Shown here piece after piece: positions 23,272 through 35,900 of a stretch of DNA of 64,000 nt. Origin of the DNA: Alloascoidea hylecoeti (lineage: Eukaryota); NCBI GenBank assembly GCA_001600815.1, contig BCKZ01000001.1, forward strand, positions 850,613 through 914,612. The letters are read 5' to 3'. A model generated the notes under the pieces. That model was not told the origin of the DNA, searched no databases, and saw only the letters and a list, made by a program, of their open reading frames with translations. Each line of letters opens with the position of its first letter. Positions within the stretch are counted from its first letter, which is position 1. The translations under genes were made by a program, and so were the position numbers.

Positions 23272-25479
23272 ATGTCAATAATATTTCATCGTCCATGGCC
23301 AAATCGTAACATGCGCTATGACATTCTTATTCTACTTTCACTAGCATTATCATTCACAACCTCTGTTTCAGCAAAGGGGTATAAATATGATGAAAGTCAA
23401 ATTGTTGGTCTTGGTTGTTACCGTGCTACTGCAGATATAACGTTTGACTGTGAGGCCGGCACAAGCTATTTATCTTGTGTTTGTTACTCTATCCCTGCAC
23501 TTGGAACCTTCTCAAATTGTGTCAATGAATATGCAGAATCCTCGACTAATATTCCAAAAGCCTATGAAATGGTTTCAAGAAAGTGTACTACTCTTAATAC
23601 AACATTTTCAACTAGTGATTACAACCAAGCTTACGAGAACTCTACTAAATATCTGGTTAATTATTTGGATTCAAACTTCAATGCATCTGCTACAAATTAT
23701 TCTCCAGTAAAGTTTGATTCAACGACATACAATATATATAAAAGGACGTTTCGGGTTATGTATGGTCAATATGACCTTTCAAACTATTATGGAGGTGCAA
23801 TAATGTCGTATTGGTGTCTAGTTATTGTCATTGCAACTATTATGAATTTTTTCAGGAAACTTTTCCCAAACCTTATAAGGAAGTTCCATGGAAAATTCAT
23901 AAATACCTACCGAAAATGGGTAACCATTTCAGAGGAGAGAACAATACGATTGTGGCCTCTTCAAAAGTCTATTAATATTTCCGTTAGAGGAGATCAATTC
24001 TTAATTTTGGTAGGTTATTTAATTATGCTTATTACTCTTACATGCGTTAGTTACGAGGTTTTTGATGGAAACACTCGTTATATCGGTACCACCCAGCAAG
24101 TCTCAAAGATTCTGTCAGATAGATCAGGAATAATCTGCTTTGTTCATCTTCCAGCATTATTTCTTTTTTCGGGAAGGAACAATATTTTGCTATGGCTAAC
24201 TGGTTGGAAGTATGAAACATTTATGGTATACCACAGATGGATAGGAAGAGGAATGGGTGCAGAAGCTTTCATACACTCTGTTGCCTACACTGTTATGATG
24301 GATGTAAGGAATACATATGCGGCAGAGACAAAAATGAATTATCTAAGATATGGTATTGCTGCTATGGTCGTTACTGGAATATTGATGTTTCAATCTCTTC
24401 GCTTTTTTCGTCAAACGGGGTATGAAATTTTCAAAATTATACATGTAATAATGGTAATAATGTTTATTCTTACATGTTGGTATCATTGTGTTAAAGTTGG
24501 ATGGATGGAATATTTATATGCTTCTATAGCGTTTTGGGCATTTGATCATTTCGTGAGAATCATTAGATTGTTGTGGTTTGGTATATTCACAAAGGCAGAA
24601 TATAAATTATACGAGAAGGATGATACTTTCCAAATAAAGATGAAGAGACCGCCATCTTGGAATCCTTCCCCCGGATCTTTTGTGTATCTTTATATTTTAA
24701 GACCAAGTTGGTTTTATCAATCACATCCTTTTACTATTATCGCACCCTACAATTCTGATGAAAATAATAAGAGTATTACAATTGTCATCAAAATAAAGAA
24801 TGGCTTGACAAAAGAAGTAGCTAATTATCTTTTAAAACAACCAAATGGAAGTTCAACAATGTATTCTCTAATAGAAGGGCCTTATGGTTCAAGAGCACCA
24901 CTTGACAGGTATGACACTGCTTTATTAATGTGTGCAGGGCATGGTATTCCAACTGGAATTTGCAATGCTGAGAATTTAGGAAGAAGGCAAGTTGGAAACC
25001 AGCGAGTTGTATTTACTTGGGTTATTCGATATTTTGCATCATTTGAATGGATCTATAAAGACCTAGAAAAATTGAATAACAATAAGATCGAAACAAATAT
25101 ATATATCACTAAAGGAGATGAAGATCACCTTGGCCATGTATCTTTCAATGATGACTCAATTGATGAAAAGAACGATAATGACAAAAAGGCCGCAGTAGTA
25201 AAGGGTTCCGATAAAGATGGTTCAGATTCAGATTCAGTAGACGGATCCACAGATTTCTGGAGGACTGTTGGAGAAAGATTCCCCTTCATAACGCTGAAAA
25301 GGGGAAGACCAGATGTTGAGACAATTATTAGAGAGGAATTTAAGATCAGTGCAGGATCTGTTGGTATTTTAACATGTGGTCCTGATTTCTTCACTAATCC
25401 AATCAGAGATTGTGTATCCAGACATTTATCTGAATGTAATGGAAGGGTTGATCTATTTGAAGAAACACAAACATGGTGA
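23272..25479 (+). CDS. Ferric/cupric reductase transmembrane component (FRE family), copy B
   Basis: 735 aa (start may be ATG 23311). Same motifs as copy A: YHRWIGR, QSHPFT, IEGPYG, CGP, EETQTW. Confidence 0.95.
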   Translation: MSIIFHRPWPNRNMRYDILILLSLALSFTTSVSAKGYKYDESQIVGLGCYRATADITFDCEAGTSYLSCVCYSIPALGTFSNCVNEYAESSTNIPKAYEMVSRKCTTLNTTFSTSDYNQAYENSTKYLVNYLDSNFNASATNYSPVKFDSTTYNIYKRTFRVMYGQYDLSNYYGGAIMSYWCLVIVIATIMNFFRKLFPNLIRKFHGKFINTYRKWVTISEERTIRLWPLQKSINISVRGDQFLILVGYLIMLITLTCVSYEVFDGNTRYIGTTQQVSKILSDRSGIICFVHLPALFLFSGRNNILLWLTGWKYETFMVYHRWIGRGMGAEAFIHSVAYTVMMDVRNTYAAETKMNYLRYGIAAMVVTGILMFQSLRFFRQTGYEIFKIIHVIMVIMFILTCWYHCVKVGWMEYLYASIAFWAFDHFVRIIRLLWFGIFTKAEYKLYEKDDTFQIKMKRPPSWNPSPGSFVYLYILRPSWFYQSHPFTIIAPYNSDENNKSITIVIKIKNGLTKEVANYLLKQPNGSSTMYSLIEGPYGSRAPLDRYDTALLMCAGHGIPTGICNAENLGRRQVGNQRVVFTWVIRYFASFEWIYKDLEKLNNNKIETNIYITKGDEDHLGHVSFNDDSIDEKNDNDKKAAVVKGSDKDGSDSDSVDGSTDFWRTVGERFPFITLKRGRPDVETIIREEFKISAGSVGILTCGPDFFTNPIRDCVSRHLSECNGRVDLFEETQTW

Positions 25480-27524
25480 TCTTTTTGTAGTTGTTTAGTA
25501 TAATATCTTATATAATTAAGTTAAAAAACTAGAATATAGAGCCAAACAACATAAATTTGATAGTATGTAGATAATTTATTGGTAAAATGAGAAAAAAGTA
25601 TAAGTATAAAATATAGACCTATGTATAGTAGGTTATATTTCGTGATCTTGATGAGGAACAAATTCATCAAATATCGTTGTATCAGTTTTGTTCATATAGT
25701 ACTTCCTCTCTTTTCTGATACATCAGTCCAGACTCCTAATACCAAAAGATTTTGACCAGTTAAAACTAACTAGAAGCACTGGATATATCATCATTATACA
25801 CTTCTCACATAATAATGGCATAATGATTATTAAAGATGAAGAACCAAATCAAATCCAGTTCTCTTCTTAGTTTTGGTTCTTCTATTATAGCAGGCTTGAA
25901 ATAGAAGGAACATTTAAACTTGTATACCGGTATACTTATAAGTTTCCGAATCTAATTAACATCGACATTTGCATCAATATTTCCATATTTATTACTGCAA
26001 TTTCAGGGTCAGATACTAGATAGTTATAAATCTAATAAGTAACTATTTTGTTTTGTTTACAATCGAGGACTAATTATGGTCTTAGGTGAAGAAATGTCAA
26101 ATGGTCTTATATTCGGACAATTGGGCTAATCTGCAAAAATATCACCGATTTACGGTAAACATAATTGGAACTACTACATATTTAAAGTAGTGCATTATTA
26201 TATGGTGGGCGGGCCAATTGCAAAATGAACAACTTTTAGGAAAATCAAAAAATTTTAAACATCTCACGGAAAATGGGGTCACATCATTAAGATATTAAAG
26301 ACGATAAGGCAGATAAATGGCAAATTTAAATCTTCTTGTTTTAAATTAATCTCTGTAATTATTTGACCCTATTTTTTAAGTACATAGATAGGCCTCCAGA
26401 TTTCGCATACAAATAGTTGGGAAATAAGGTCACATTTGCTGATAATCACCTGCACAACGTCCTAAACAGGAATAAAACCTACTTGATCGATCTAGAGTGT
26501 CTGCATATCCATACTGAATATTGCCTAATATCGTATTATGTGTATGCATATGCATAATTGGATGCCTTTTTTTGAAATATTGAGTGGGCTCCCCTTTATA
26601 TTTATAATTGTATTGATTTTGTTTCGTCTAAACTAGTGACTATTTTGCAATTGTGTTATATGATATTATGAGTTTATAGTTAGACCTACCGTCATTAATA
26701 TTATCTGCTGTTCCATGAATATGATTTTATATCCAAATAAAATCTGTTAACTCATTTTCTATGTGAAAATTCACCTAATGCATCTATAGATCGATATGCT
26801 TGATATATTTCCAATTAACTTAACTGGAAACCATTGTAATTATTCGAAATTTTCAAATACAAATCTCTAACTATCTAAAAAATTAGATAGATTTATTGAG
26901 TTATACAAGACGTCTCATATACAAGTTACATGTACAAGGCCTTACATACTGTATAGAGAGGTATTGGTATTTGAGTGTATATTATTATGAAGTGACCTCC
27001 ATCGATACTGTTGTTAAATGACTGGTTAGAGGGGTAATGGATATAGGTATATTACGGACATTCATTCTCCATGGCTAATCGGAAAATCAAAACATTCAAA
27101 ATGCCTTACAATTGCAAGTTCACACAAAAGCATAAACGGGTCTAAAATGACTACATTAATACTTATTACTCCCAATTTTCGAATTCATATATGGCCATGG
27201 CTTCATACATGCTTGTCTTTTGTGCATACCTGTTTAATATGAATATAATTAGTAATTACATTACCATCTTGTTGTGAATTCATAATGGAGCTCAAATTTC
27301 CGTTGTCACTAGTTTATTTTTCTTAATAATTATCATTTGAGTCCCTCTTTTTTTTAACTTTTCATATATTTTCCAATTAAATTATACAGAAACTGTGTAA
27401 ATTCTGAGGAAATCTCTACTATATATAGTGAAATAAAAACCTCTTTTTCTATTCTTCTTATTTTTGTGTATTCTTGACACTCTTCTTTCTTCTCTTCTTA
27501 TGTACCTAGACTACCTTAAAGGTA

Positions 27525-28780
27525 TTTTTTTTTTAATTAGATTTGTTTTTACTTTTTCAAGTTTTTAGATATTAGAATCCCCCAATCAATCTAATTTAAT
27601 ATTTGTGGTGGTGTCCCTGCAAATCTAATATTTTTTCTTAGCTCTAGTGCCTTTTGATAAAAGCCCCATTTTTTTCTATATTGTTTTCTTTTGTATTTAT
27701 GATCAATAACTTGATCCCTATTCTTTCTCTTCCTAACATCATCTTCTTTAGTATTCTTATTGTTGAGTAATCTTCAAATAGATGTAATATGTCGTCTTTA
27801 CCTTGTTGACATGAACTACAAATATCAGATTTTTGCCACCATTGTTTTTTATTATGATGTAACATATCCCAAGCCGAGCAAATGTATCCATTGTGTCTCC
27901 CCAGGATGTTCCTTATATGTTTCTTTGATAAATCCCCACCATTTCTTCTAATTTTCATCTTTTAGTTCTGGAATTAACTACATCCATTTGTTTGGTTTTA
28001 ATATAATATTGATTTTATTATACCACTTCTGGCTTATTGATTTAATCGGGTATTTGGATATGTTTTCTTCTTCTATGTCTTTTATTCTTTTTTTGATATC
28101 TTCTCTTGCTGGGGTTTCCACTAGTTTTTGTAACGCTTCATTTATTAATTTTGGTACCATTTTAGCAGTTAGTATATTTATTTTTTTGTGTTTATTATGA
28201 TTCTCCACGCTTTCAAGTATGTAATCAATCTGCCTTTAAACTTATTGTTTGGGTTTACTGGTATAATTCAATAAATCGCCAATAAAAATATTACACCAGT
28301 GAAAATTCAGCTCTGTATTATTATCCGTTAAGTTCCCTTGATTTCTACTTACTGCTTCCTTTAATGTTGTTGCTATATTTTCCAAGAATTCTCTCATTAA
28401 CTTTGCATAGTCTTCCTCACCTTGCAATGCACTCAACATCCAGCTGGCTTGGCGACCTAATAATTGCTTTTTTAGGTCGCTTAAACCAAAACCACCAGCT
28501 GAAATGGGAGTTTTCAAATTTTCAAGAGCAATGGTTGTACCGCTTTTTTGGCTTCATTTTCTATCTGCTCTATTGTTTGTTGTGGAATTGGCCAAAATTC
28601 GTTAAGAAACTGTATTTTGAAGTATACATATGTATTTATATGTATTTATATGTTTACACCTCTATGACCGTAATATCTTTAACTAATTGTTGATTTATCA
28701 TTTTAATTATTTTATTCTCGAGCTCAGACCATTGAACTCCTAAAATGGGAACTCCAAGATAGGTCATATTTTTCAGATAT
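27525..28780 (-). mobile_element. 5'-truncated, frameshifted non-LTR (L1-clade-like) retrotransposon ORF2 3' part
   Basis: In order: TYLGVP (end of RT), KTPISAGGFGLSDL..ASW, CSSC..DILHLFED (CCHC-type finger), LELRKNIRF. An A-tract lies at 27525-27534. Boundaries are approximate. Confidence 0.85.
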
Positions 28781-28869
28781 AATTTCACGCATTTTTTATA
28801 TATTTTCCAGGCTAGTAGAGAGTCACTTGTCTTATTCAGATAACTGAGATTTTTAACGATAAAGTTCAA

Positions 28870-28940
28870 GCGTTAGTGGTTTAGCGGTAAAATTCTTCGT
28901 TGCCATCGAAGAGCCCCCGGTTCGACTCCGGGCTGACGCA
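28870..28940 (+). tRNA. tRNA-Gly(GCC)
   Basis: Acceptor stem GCGTTAG/CTGACGC, anticodon arm CTTCG-TTGCCAT-CGAAG, T-loop GGTTCGACTCC, followed by a TTTTT Pol III terminator. Confidence 0.97.
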
Positions 28941-28980
28941 TATTTTTGCTTTTTCGAAAATCGAAAAACAAATTAATTCA

Positions 28981-29169
28981 GAAACAGGGTGCCAATAATA
29001 TAAAATGTAACATTACTCAAAAAAGAGTAAACCTATAACATTAGTAATAGGTATTTTTGCCTAGCAATAGCTTTTTATTTTCACAATTTTTGGTTGTTAT
29101 AAATATAGTATTTATAGAAAAAGCAGTTTAATATAGAGCCTTAATGGCCACTTGAAAAAAAAAAAAAAA
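28981..29169 (+). repeat. Poly(A)-terminated repeat copy 1 (putative retroelement 3' end)
   Basis: Aligns with 29390-29565 (CATTACTCAAAAAAGAG..AACCTATAACATT..TTTTGCCT..TTTTATTTTCACAATTTTT..TTTAATATAGA..CACTTG) and ends in A15. Confidence 0.75.
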
Positions 29170-29389
29170 GAGTGAAGTGAAATCTTTTCTTGATTTTAAC
29201 CATAAGGAAAGAAAATATCACAGAAGATATTATCAACAGGAGAATAGTTTATCAGTATCACAATGGTATAAAATGATTGAAAGGGACTCCACAAAGCTTT
29301 GTTCTGAATCACTTAGGTGCTACGGACAAAAAAAGAAAGAGAGGAAAGATGTATACATATGACATCCTATTGATTGAGTAAAAGGTTGA

Positions 29390-29565
29390 GAATAGAGGCA
29401 GGCAATAATACTATAGAAAGTAACAACATTACTCAAAAAAGAGCGAACCTATAACATTTGTAATAGGAATTTTTGCCTTGTAGCTCTTTTATTTTCACAA
29501 TTTTTTTGGTTGTTATGAAGGTAGTTAGAGATATAGTAGTTTAATATAGACACTTGAAAAAAAAA
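29390..29565 (+). repeat. Poly(A)-terminated repeat copy 2
   Basis: Diverged direct copy of 28981-29169 ending CACTTG-A9, preceded by A-rich ORF-like sequence at 29177-29362. Confidence 0.75.
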
Positions 29566-30823
29566 GTAGTTGTATATCAGACTTGGTTTTACCGCACAGA
29601 TATTTAAACCTTTGTTATATTAAATTTCAATAATTCTTTTTATCCTCTTATAGATTAGCAAGTATAATTTATAATAAAATGATTAGGCAAAAGAAAAAAA
29701 AGAAAAAAAGAAGCTCCATTAATCTGTTGGGCCCTTTGTGCGGTTAAATCTCTTCCATCAATCTCAAATCGAAGCTGAAATTGTCAGTTCTGTTCTCATT
29801 TGTGCATTATATTTTCTCCAAATTCCATATCATGATGATTCATTTATCATTTTAGGAGGGTTTTAGTGGATGTACTTTATATAGTTATAGCATAAAGTTG
29901 AGTCCTACGCCGTTGAACAAATGCAGGGTTCAATATGAGATTGATATTATGTTATGTATACAACGTTAACAGATTCAAAAATATTAATCACTAAGCTGCG
30001 CAGGGCAAGATAAGTGCGGAATAGAAAAAAAGCATTAAACGTTCTAAGGTTTATGCATTCAAGTTCAATTCAAAAGACAACTTTAAGAGCATAGAAAAAA
30101 GGACAAGAAAAATTATATCCCTCTATTGACTATTTAAAAAATTGATGATGTAAAAGATCTGACTCCAATCAAATCCAAACTGATTTACCTGCTACACGGC
30201 GGCGTGTTCTAATATTACCTTCTATCGGGCAATTACGACTGGGGTGTGTAGCGATGTGCAGATTTAGAAAAAATCATCTTCTCTATTATCGCGATCAGCA
30301 GCTCATCAATCGCAAGATCATTCAACACAAGTACGGATGGCTGACCAGTGACTAACACTGAAAGCTTTTCAAATACACGTTCTGTCGGTAATGACAAACC
30401 CTTGGGAGATTACTGTTTGGCTGCTGCTCAATGCAAGAAGCATTTAGAATACTTCAAAGTTTGAATTCAAATTAGATGTATCGTGACTACACGTGTATGT
30501 TCGAATGTCTTAAGCACTCTCTAGATCTATAACCAATTGCGATTCTGAGAGGGACATTTCACATATTATTTATTTATTTATTAATTCTATATAAAACAAA
30601 ATTACTCCTTTTCTCCGCAGCCAATGTGAATCATTATGTGATCGGAATCAGATGAAGCATGAAAAAGTTGCTTTCAAATTTCTACTGCGTCTGCGGCCCG
30701 CGGTCATCATCACTGCAGGTGGCAATCATCCTTCGTGAAAATAAAGATAAAAAACATTTCAGCTAAAAATTAAAATTAAGAAAATTAACATCGATCGAGG
30801 AATTGTTACTACTAATACCACTT

Positions 30824-31453
30824 TCACTGGTTTGAAAGACTGGTTTTGAGTTTATCCCAAATATTCGGACTCTTTGGAGATTGTTCTTTATTACTTCGAT
30901 GTCCAGATAATGTTGCTTTTAAATTACTCCAAGTACCATTAGATTTAGTAGGTTTTACTGACTTATCCGAAGAAAGTGGTTGTATATCATCATCATCTTC
31001 CAAAATATCACCACCAGGCGCTAGAGCAGGTAGAGAAGCTGGATTATGATTCCCGCCATCAGTGCCTTCTTTAATCGTTTCGTGCTTAGACCTTTGTGGG
31101 GTTAGATCTTTCTTTTCGGCTTGTTGATGTGCTGATCTTGACCTTGATCTATCGGTGCTCTCACCTCTTCTAACAATATTTCCTTGGCCTCCCCTACCAA
31201 CAGCATACATTTCGGGTTCTTTATCAACTGCTTTTTCAACCTCTGCAAGGTACTCTCCGGGTGTTTGGGCAGGCATTTCAGAAACCTTATGAACATTTCC
31301 CGCTCCACCACGACCAGAATAAAATCGATCATTTGGTGATTTAAAATGTTGAATTGGTGCTGGAGATGAATCAAGATTTGTTGGTTCGTTTTTTGGGGAT
31401 TTGATAATATTACCGGCTCCACCACGCCCAAAAGAACGATAGTTGTCACTCAT
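30824..31453 (-). CDS. DUF3602 / Par32-like protein with GRGGAGN repeats
   Basis: Three GRGG(A/Q)GN(I/V) motifs in a hydrophilic 209-aa protein. Confidence 0.8.
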   Translation of the reverse strand: MSDNYRSFGRGGAGNIIKSPKNEPTNLDSSPAPIQHFKSPNDRFYSGRGGAGNVHKVSEMPAQTPGEYLAEVEKAVDKEPEMYAVGRGGQGNIVRRGESTDRSRSRSAHQQAEKKDLTPQRSKHETIKEGTDGGNHNPASLPALAPGGDILEDDDDIQPLSSDKSVKPTKSNGTWSNLKATLSGHRSNKEQSPKSPNIWDKLKTSLSNQ

Positions 31454-31642
31454 TGTATTGATGAAAGGGAGAAAAGAAGAAGGAAATACCGAGGATATTT
31501 ATAACATAAAATGTATGGGGTAAGCACCTATTATGTAAGCATCTCAGCTTTGGATGACTCATCAATATGATCACGTGTATATTAAATAGAATTTGGGTTA
31601 TTATCTTATCTATGGCTTCATGATAATTGAACTTTTTCCAAC

Positions 31643-32611
31643 ATGACAGTTGCAAGTATATCTCAGGGTCTGAGTAAAACACAAGTTGATTTCTTCTGGG
31701 ATAATGGATTCATAGTCATTCCCGATTTTCTTTCACAAGATGAAGTTAAAAAGCTTCTTGACAGGTCCAATGAATTAATTCATGATTTCCCCTTGGATAC
31801 CCACCCAATGACAAAATTCACAACTGGTGATGAAACAGCCGACCCCAATAGTGATAAGTCAAAGCATGTTGGTGATCATTACTTTTTGGACTCAAGTGAT
31901 AAAATATCTTTTTTCTTTGAACCCGACGCATTCGATGAAGATGGAAATTTGATAACACTAAAGGATACAGCTATTAATAAGGTGGGTCATGGGCTTCATA
32001 TGCATGATCCTCTATTTCATCAAATCACAACATCACCGAATGTAAAATCAATTATTAAATCATTGGATTGGTTCAAAGATCCAAGAATTTTACAGAGTAT
32101 GATTTTGTGCAAGCAAAAGAGAATTGGTGCTTCTGTACCAAATCATCAAGATGGTACTTTCTTATTCACAAAACCACAATCTGCAATTGGTTTATGGTTT
32201 GCTTTACATGATTGTACCACGGAAAATGGGTGTCTTAGATTTTTACCTGGTTCCCATAAATGGTGTCCAATTACAAAAAGATTTGTTAAAATCAATGGTG
32301 GTGATAATGGTACCGATTTTGAACCAGTGGTAACAACTCCCGAACAAAATGATCGATTTAATAAACATAAGAATGAAATTGATGATAAATCAAGATATTA
32401 TATTGCTGAATGTAAAGCAGGTGCTTTGGTGTTGATTCATAATTCTGTTTTACATAACTCTGAACCAAATAGATCGGAAAAAAGTAGATATGCATATGCT
32501 TTTCATTTAATTGATGGAGCTTATGATTATGATGAACTCAATTGGTTACAGGTACCACCTGGGAAAGAAGGTGGTACTGAATTTACCAAACTATACGAAG
32601 AAGTGGTATAA
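31643..32611 (+). CDS. Phytanoyl-CoA dioxygenase-domain protein (PHYHD1-like, Fe/2-oxoglutarate)
   Basis: FFWDNGFIVIPDFLS, INKVGHGLH, HQD, GLWFALHDCTTENGCL.FLPGSH, LHNSEPNRS..SR.AYAFH. Confidence 0.9.
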   Translation: MTVASISQGLSKTQVDFFWDNGFIVIPDFLSQDEVKKLLDRSNELIHDFPLDTHPMTKFTTGDETADPNSDKSKHVGDHYFLDSSDKISFFFEPDAFDEDGNLITLKDTAINKVGHGLHMHDPLFHQITTSPNVKSIIKSLDWFKDPRILQSMILCKQKRIGASVPNHQDGTFLFTKPQSAIGLWFALHDCTTENGCLRFLPGSHKWCPITKRFVKINGGDNGTDFEPVVTTPEQNDRFNKHKNEIDDKSRYYIAECKAGALVLIHNSVLHNSEPNRSEKSRYAYAFHLIDGAYDYDELNWLQVPPGKEGGTEFTKLYEEVV

Positions 32612-32960
32612 CATTACCAAGCTTTTGATAAATATTGACGATATAGATCTATAATAAAAATTTGATATATATTCCTAGTCTACCATTATGTACATGTAAA
32701 TATAACCCTATAACTTATAATTATAACTTTTAATTATATATTGAACACTGTAGCTATAGACAGTGATTAGTCATGATTGTATGTAAGTGTGTTAAGTGCA
32801 CAGTTCACTGTTTCTTAAAAACATCTAGTTGTAACGATCGTTAATATTGTTGAAAATATTAATGAGTTGTGAATTTTCATGTAAATCTCCATTTATAAGT
32901 AATATTAACTTCAAGTATAAATTACCAATATAAGTGCCTACTCCAATTAATGATAATTTT

Positions 32961-35900
32961 TTACATTAACATAACATTTGTGTTCCAATCTTTAACAACA
33001 GACATCCAATTCACTTTATCTTCATCTTCATTCTCACGTCTTCTTTTCCAAACTTCTTCAACAACTCTCCTTGGTTCAAGAAATAATCCAACACCATGAA
33101 CTGCTAAATAAGCATATAATTCTCTGAACTGTTTTTGTAAATCTTCATCTAAAGCATCACAACCAGCAATAAAACTAGCCCAAAGTAAAGGAACAACAGA
33201 AACAACTCCAGAATCAACCATTTCATTAATTTTTAATAGATATTTCAACGTTTTCTCAACATTGGTTTGTAAAATTGATGGATTAACTTCTCTAACCAAT
33301 CTAAAATAATATATTACTAAAGCATTATAAAAAGCCATTGTATTATAATATACAACCCTTTCATTTGAATGCGCAAAATCAAAATCATCATCAACAATTT
33401 TATCTTCTTTTTCCTTATTACCATTTTGAAAAGATCTTGCATCCATCCTCCATTTCATTAATTTTGATTCAATTTCTGTACATTTTTTAGAGAATTTTTT
33501 AGGTCTTGTCCCAATTGATCGAAAATAAATTGCATATTTTACAAGTTTTGTGATTTCATTAAATAATAAAATAAAAGAATTTGGTAGACTGTATAAAGTA
33601 TCAGTCGATAAAATATCATAATCCTGAGAATCTTGTTCTTCATCATTTGCCCTTTGTGTAAAATTATATGTCGTCAAATCCAAATATCTAAATGATGAAA
33701 CTTTATTTGGAACTGTTGTTTCAACGTTAACCATTTTCATTGTGATATCATATTTACTAAAATCATCATTATTATTATCGTCTTCACCATCTACACTACC
33801 GTCTAATAATTCGATTTTTGGTCTCCGTTTGTGGTTTGAATCATATGATATATTTTTATTTAATTCATTTTCATCATCAACTTCATCAAAAGCATTTGTA
33901 TCAATTTTAAATTGACAAACCCTTACTAAAGTACTTTCCTGCATCATTTTTAAAAATGAAAATATACGATGTAATGTAATTGAAGAAGGTGATAACGGTT
34001 TTTTCGTTTGTAATCTTCTTTGAACAAATTCTTCACATGCTAATAAATGATTATAACAATCTTTATTTGCACCTCTTGTAACATCAATAGTAACCATTGA
34101 TAAAGCAGCTGATAAAATTTCATTATAATCCATTGATTCAGCGTCTGATAATTTAATTTGTTTTAAATATTTTAAAGCCTGAGATCTTAAGATTGATCCC
34201 AAATTTCCATAATGTTTCATTAATTCTGAATTAGTAAGTGAGTGCCTACTTTGTAAATTAAATGCACTAACTGACATTAAAGCATATAATAAACCATTTC
34301 TTGCTGGATTTGTTTTACCTAAGCTAACTAATTCGCCAACTCCTTTTATTGCACCAGGAAAATAAATCAATTTCCAAGGATTTTTCTTCATTGCAAAAAC
34401 AGTCATCAATTCAGTTAAGTTGTTAATGTAATGATGTAATAAATATCTGCCTTCAGTGCCTAACTGAATAGCATTTAATGAAAATCCTGTTGATGAGTCA
34501 ATGTTTAAGAAATCAGATCCTAAAGATGGTGACCCCATCGTTATTTGCATGATACACTCTGGAACACCAGCTAGGTCAGATGAATTGTTATCTACTGTAG
34601 AATTATTAGAATTATCATTGTTATTATGATCAATACGATTATTATCTAGATTATAATTATTGAAAAGATCGTAATGAGAAGGTGTATTTAGATTTAAATT
34701 TTTTGAATTCGAAAATGATGATAAATGATTAAGAAAATCTCGATCCAATTGATGTAATATATTTGGTGTGTTGATACTTGGAAATGGTGACAATGAACCA
34801 AGCGTATGATTCGTATTTAACTTGAAACCAGATATTTTTTGGTTTGAATTTGAATCTGAATTTGAATTTGAATTTAGAGACTCTGCAGTGAGACTATTCG
34901 AGTTTTCTGTATTTATCATCCTTGACGATGGGTCCAGAGTAGATAGCAATGAACCTATATTGTTTACCCAACTTTGTGAACTTGGAGAATGTCCTGCTAA
35001 TAGCCCCATGTTTGTATCTTGAATCACAGAGTCATTATCAATTGCAGGTATAGACATCCCTGATGATTCCGAGGTAGACGTCATATTGATATTTTCATCC
35101 GCCGCAGAGGTGGTAGTAGGGAGAACTGTATTTCTGTTAGGGGATGATATCTTATGGGTATTGTAATTATCATTATACAACCGATCTAATTCAATATCAA
35201 GATGTAATATTTGTTGTAGTGGATCATCACTTATTCTGTTAATTTCCAAATTTTGATTATCAAGAGAGATATTAAATAGATCCTGGTGAGAATGGGGTGC
35301 ATCTAAAGAAGCATTATGCTTATCGGACACGGGTGAGACCTGTTGTGAGTCTAACGGTTCTGTTGTCTGGTTAGGAGAATTCGAAGGCATATCAGAAAAT
35401 GGTGTGGCTGATAATGAGTTTTCAGGGGAAGTTGATATATCAGTGTTAATTTTCTGTTTTTTGTTAATTATATCTTTCTTTAAAGGTCCTTTGGATCTAT
35501 CCTTTCGTTTTTTGCGGGGCTTGATCTTGGGTTCAAATCCTTGAAATACGGCGAACGGTCCCAAGGATAAAGTCTCAGGTCCCTCTAATGAAGGAGCATG
35601 AAGCATTCCAAGAAGTTCATCAAGTTCTTCATAAGTCTCATAAATCATATCCGGAGGATATTCCACAAAATCTATAGTATATTAAGTTCGTTAGAAGGGC
35701 CTATCACAAATTTTTCCAGTTGTAGAACATACCCACACTTCGTCTCTGAAAGTACTGTTCTTCATCAGGGTTTGTTCCTGTTGTTTTCCCAGTAGAACTC
35801 CAGCTTCCCTCACCAGCATCACCGGTTATAACAGGCGACCATCGTAATCTGATATCGTAACCGTCACATTTCAAATTTGCTTTTTGGCATCGTTCACAAG

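Noticed and set aside
27339..28828. GAGTCCCT / GAGTCACT as a TSD of the L1-like element
   Set aside because: Short, mismatched, and the element ends are not independently defined.
30150..30500. GC-richer stretch with a GCTACAC/GTGTAGC inverted repeat (ncRNA or pseudogene?)
   Set aside because: No recognisable boxes, ORF or family motif.
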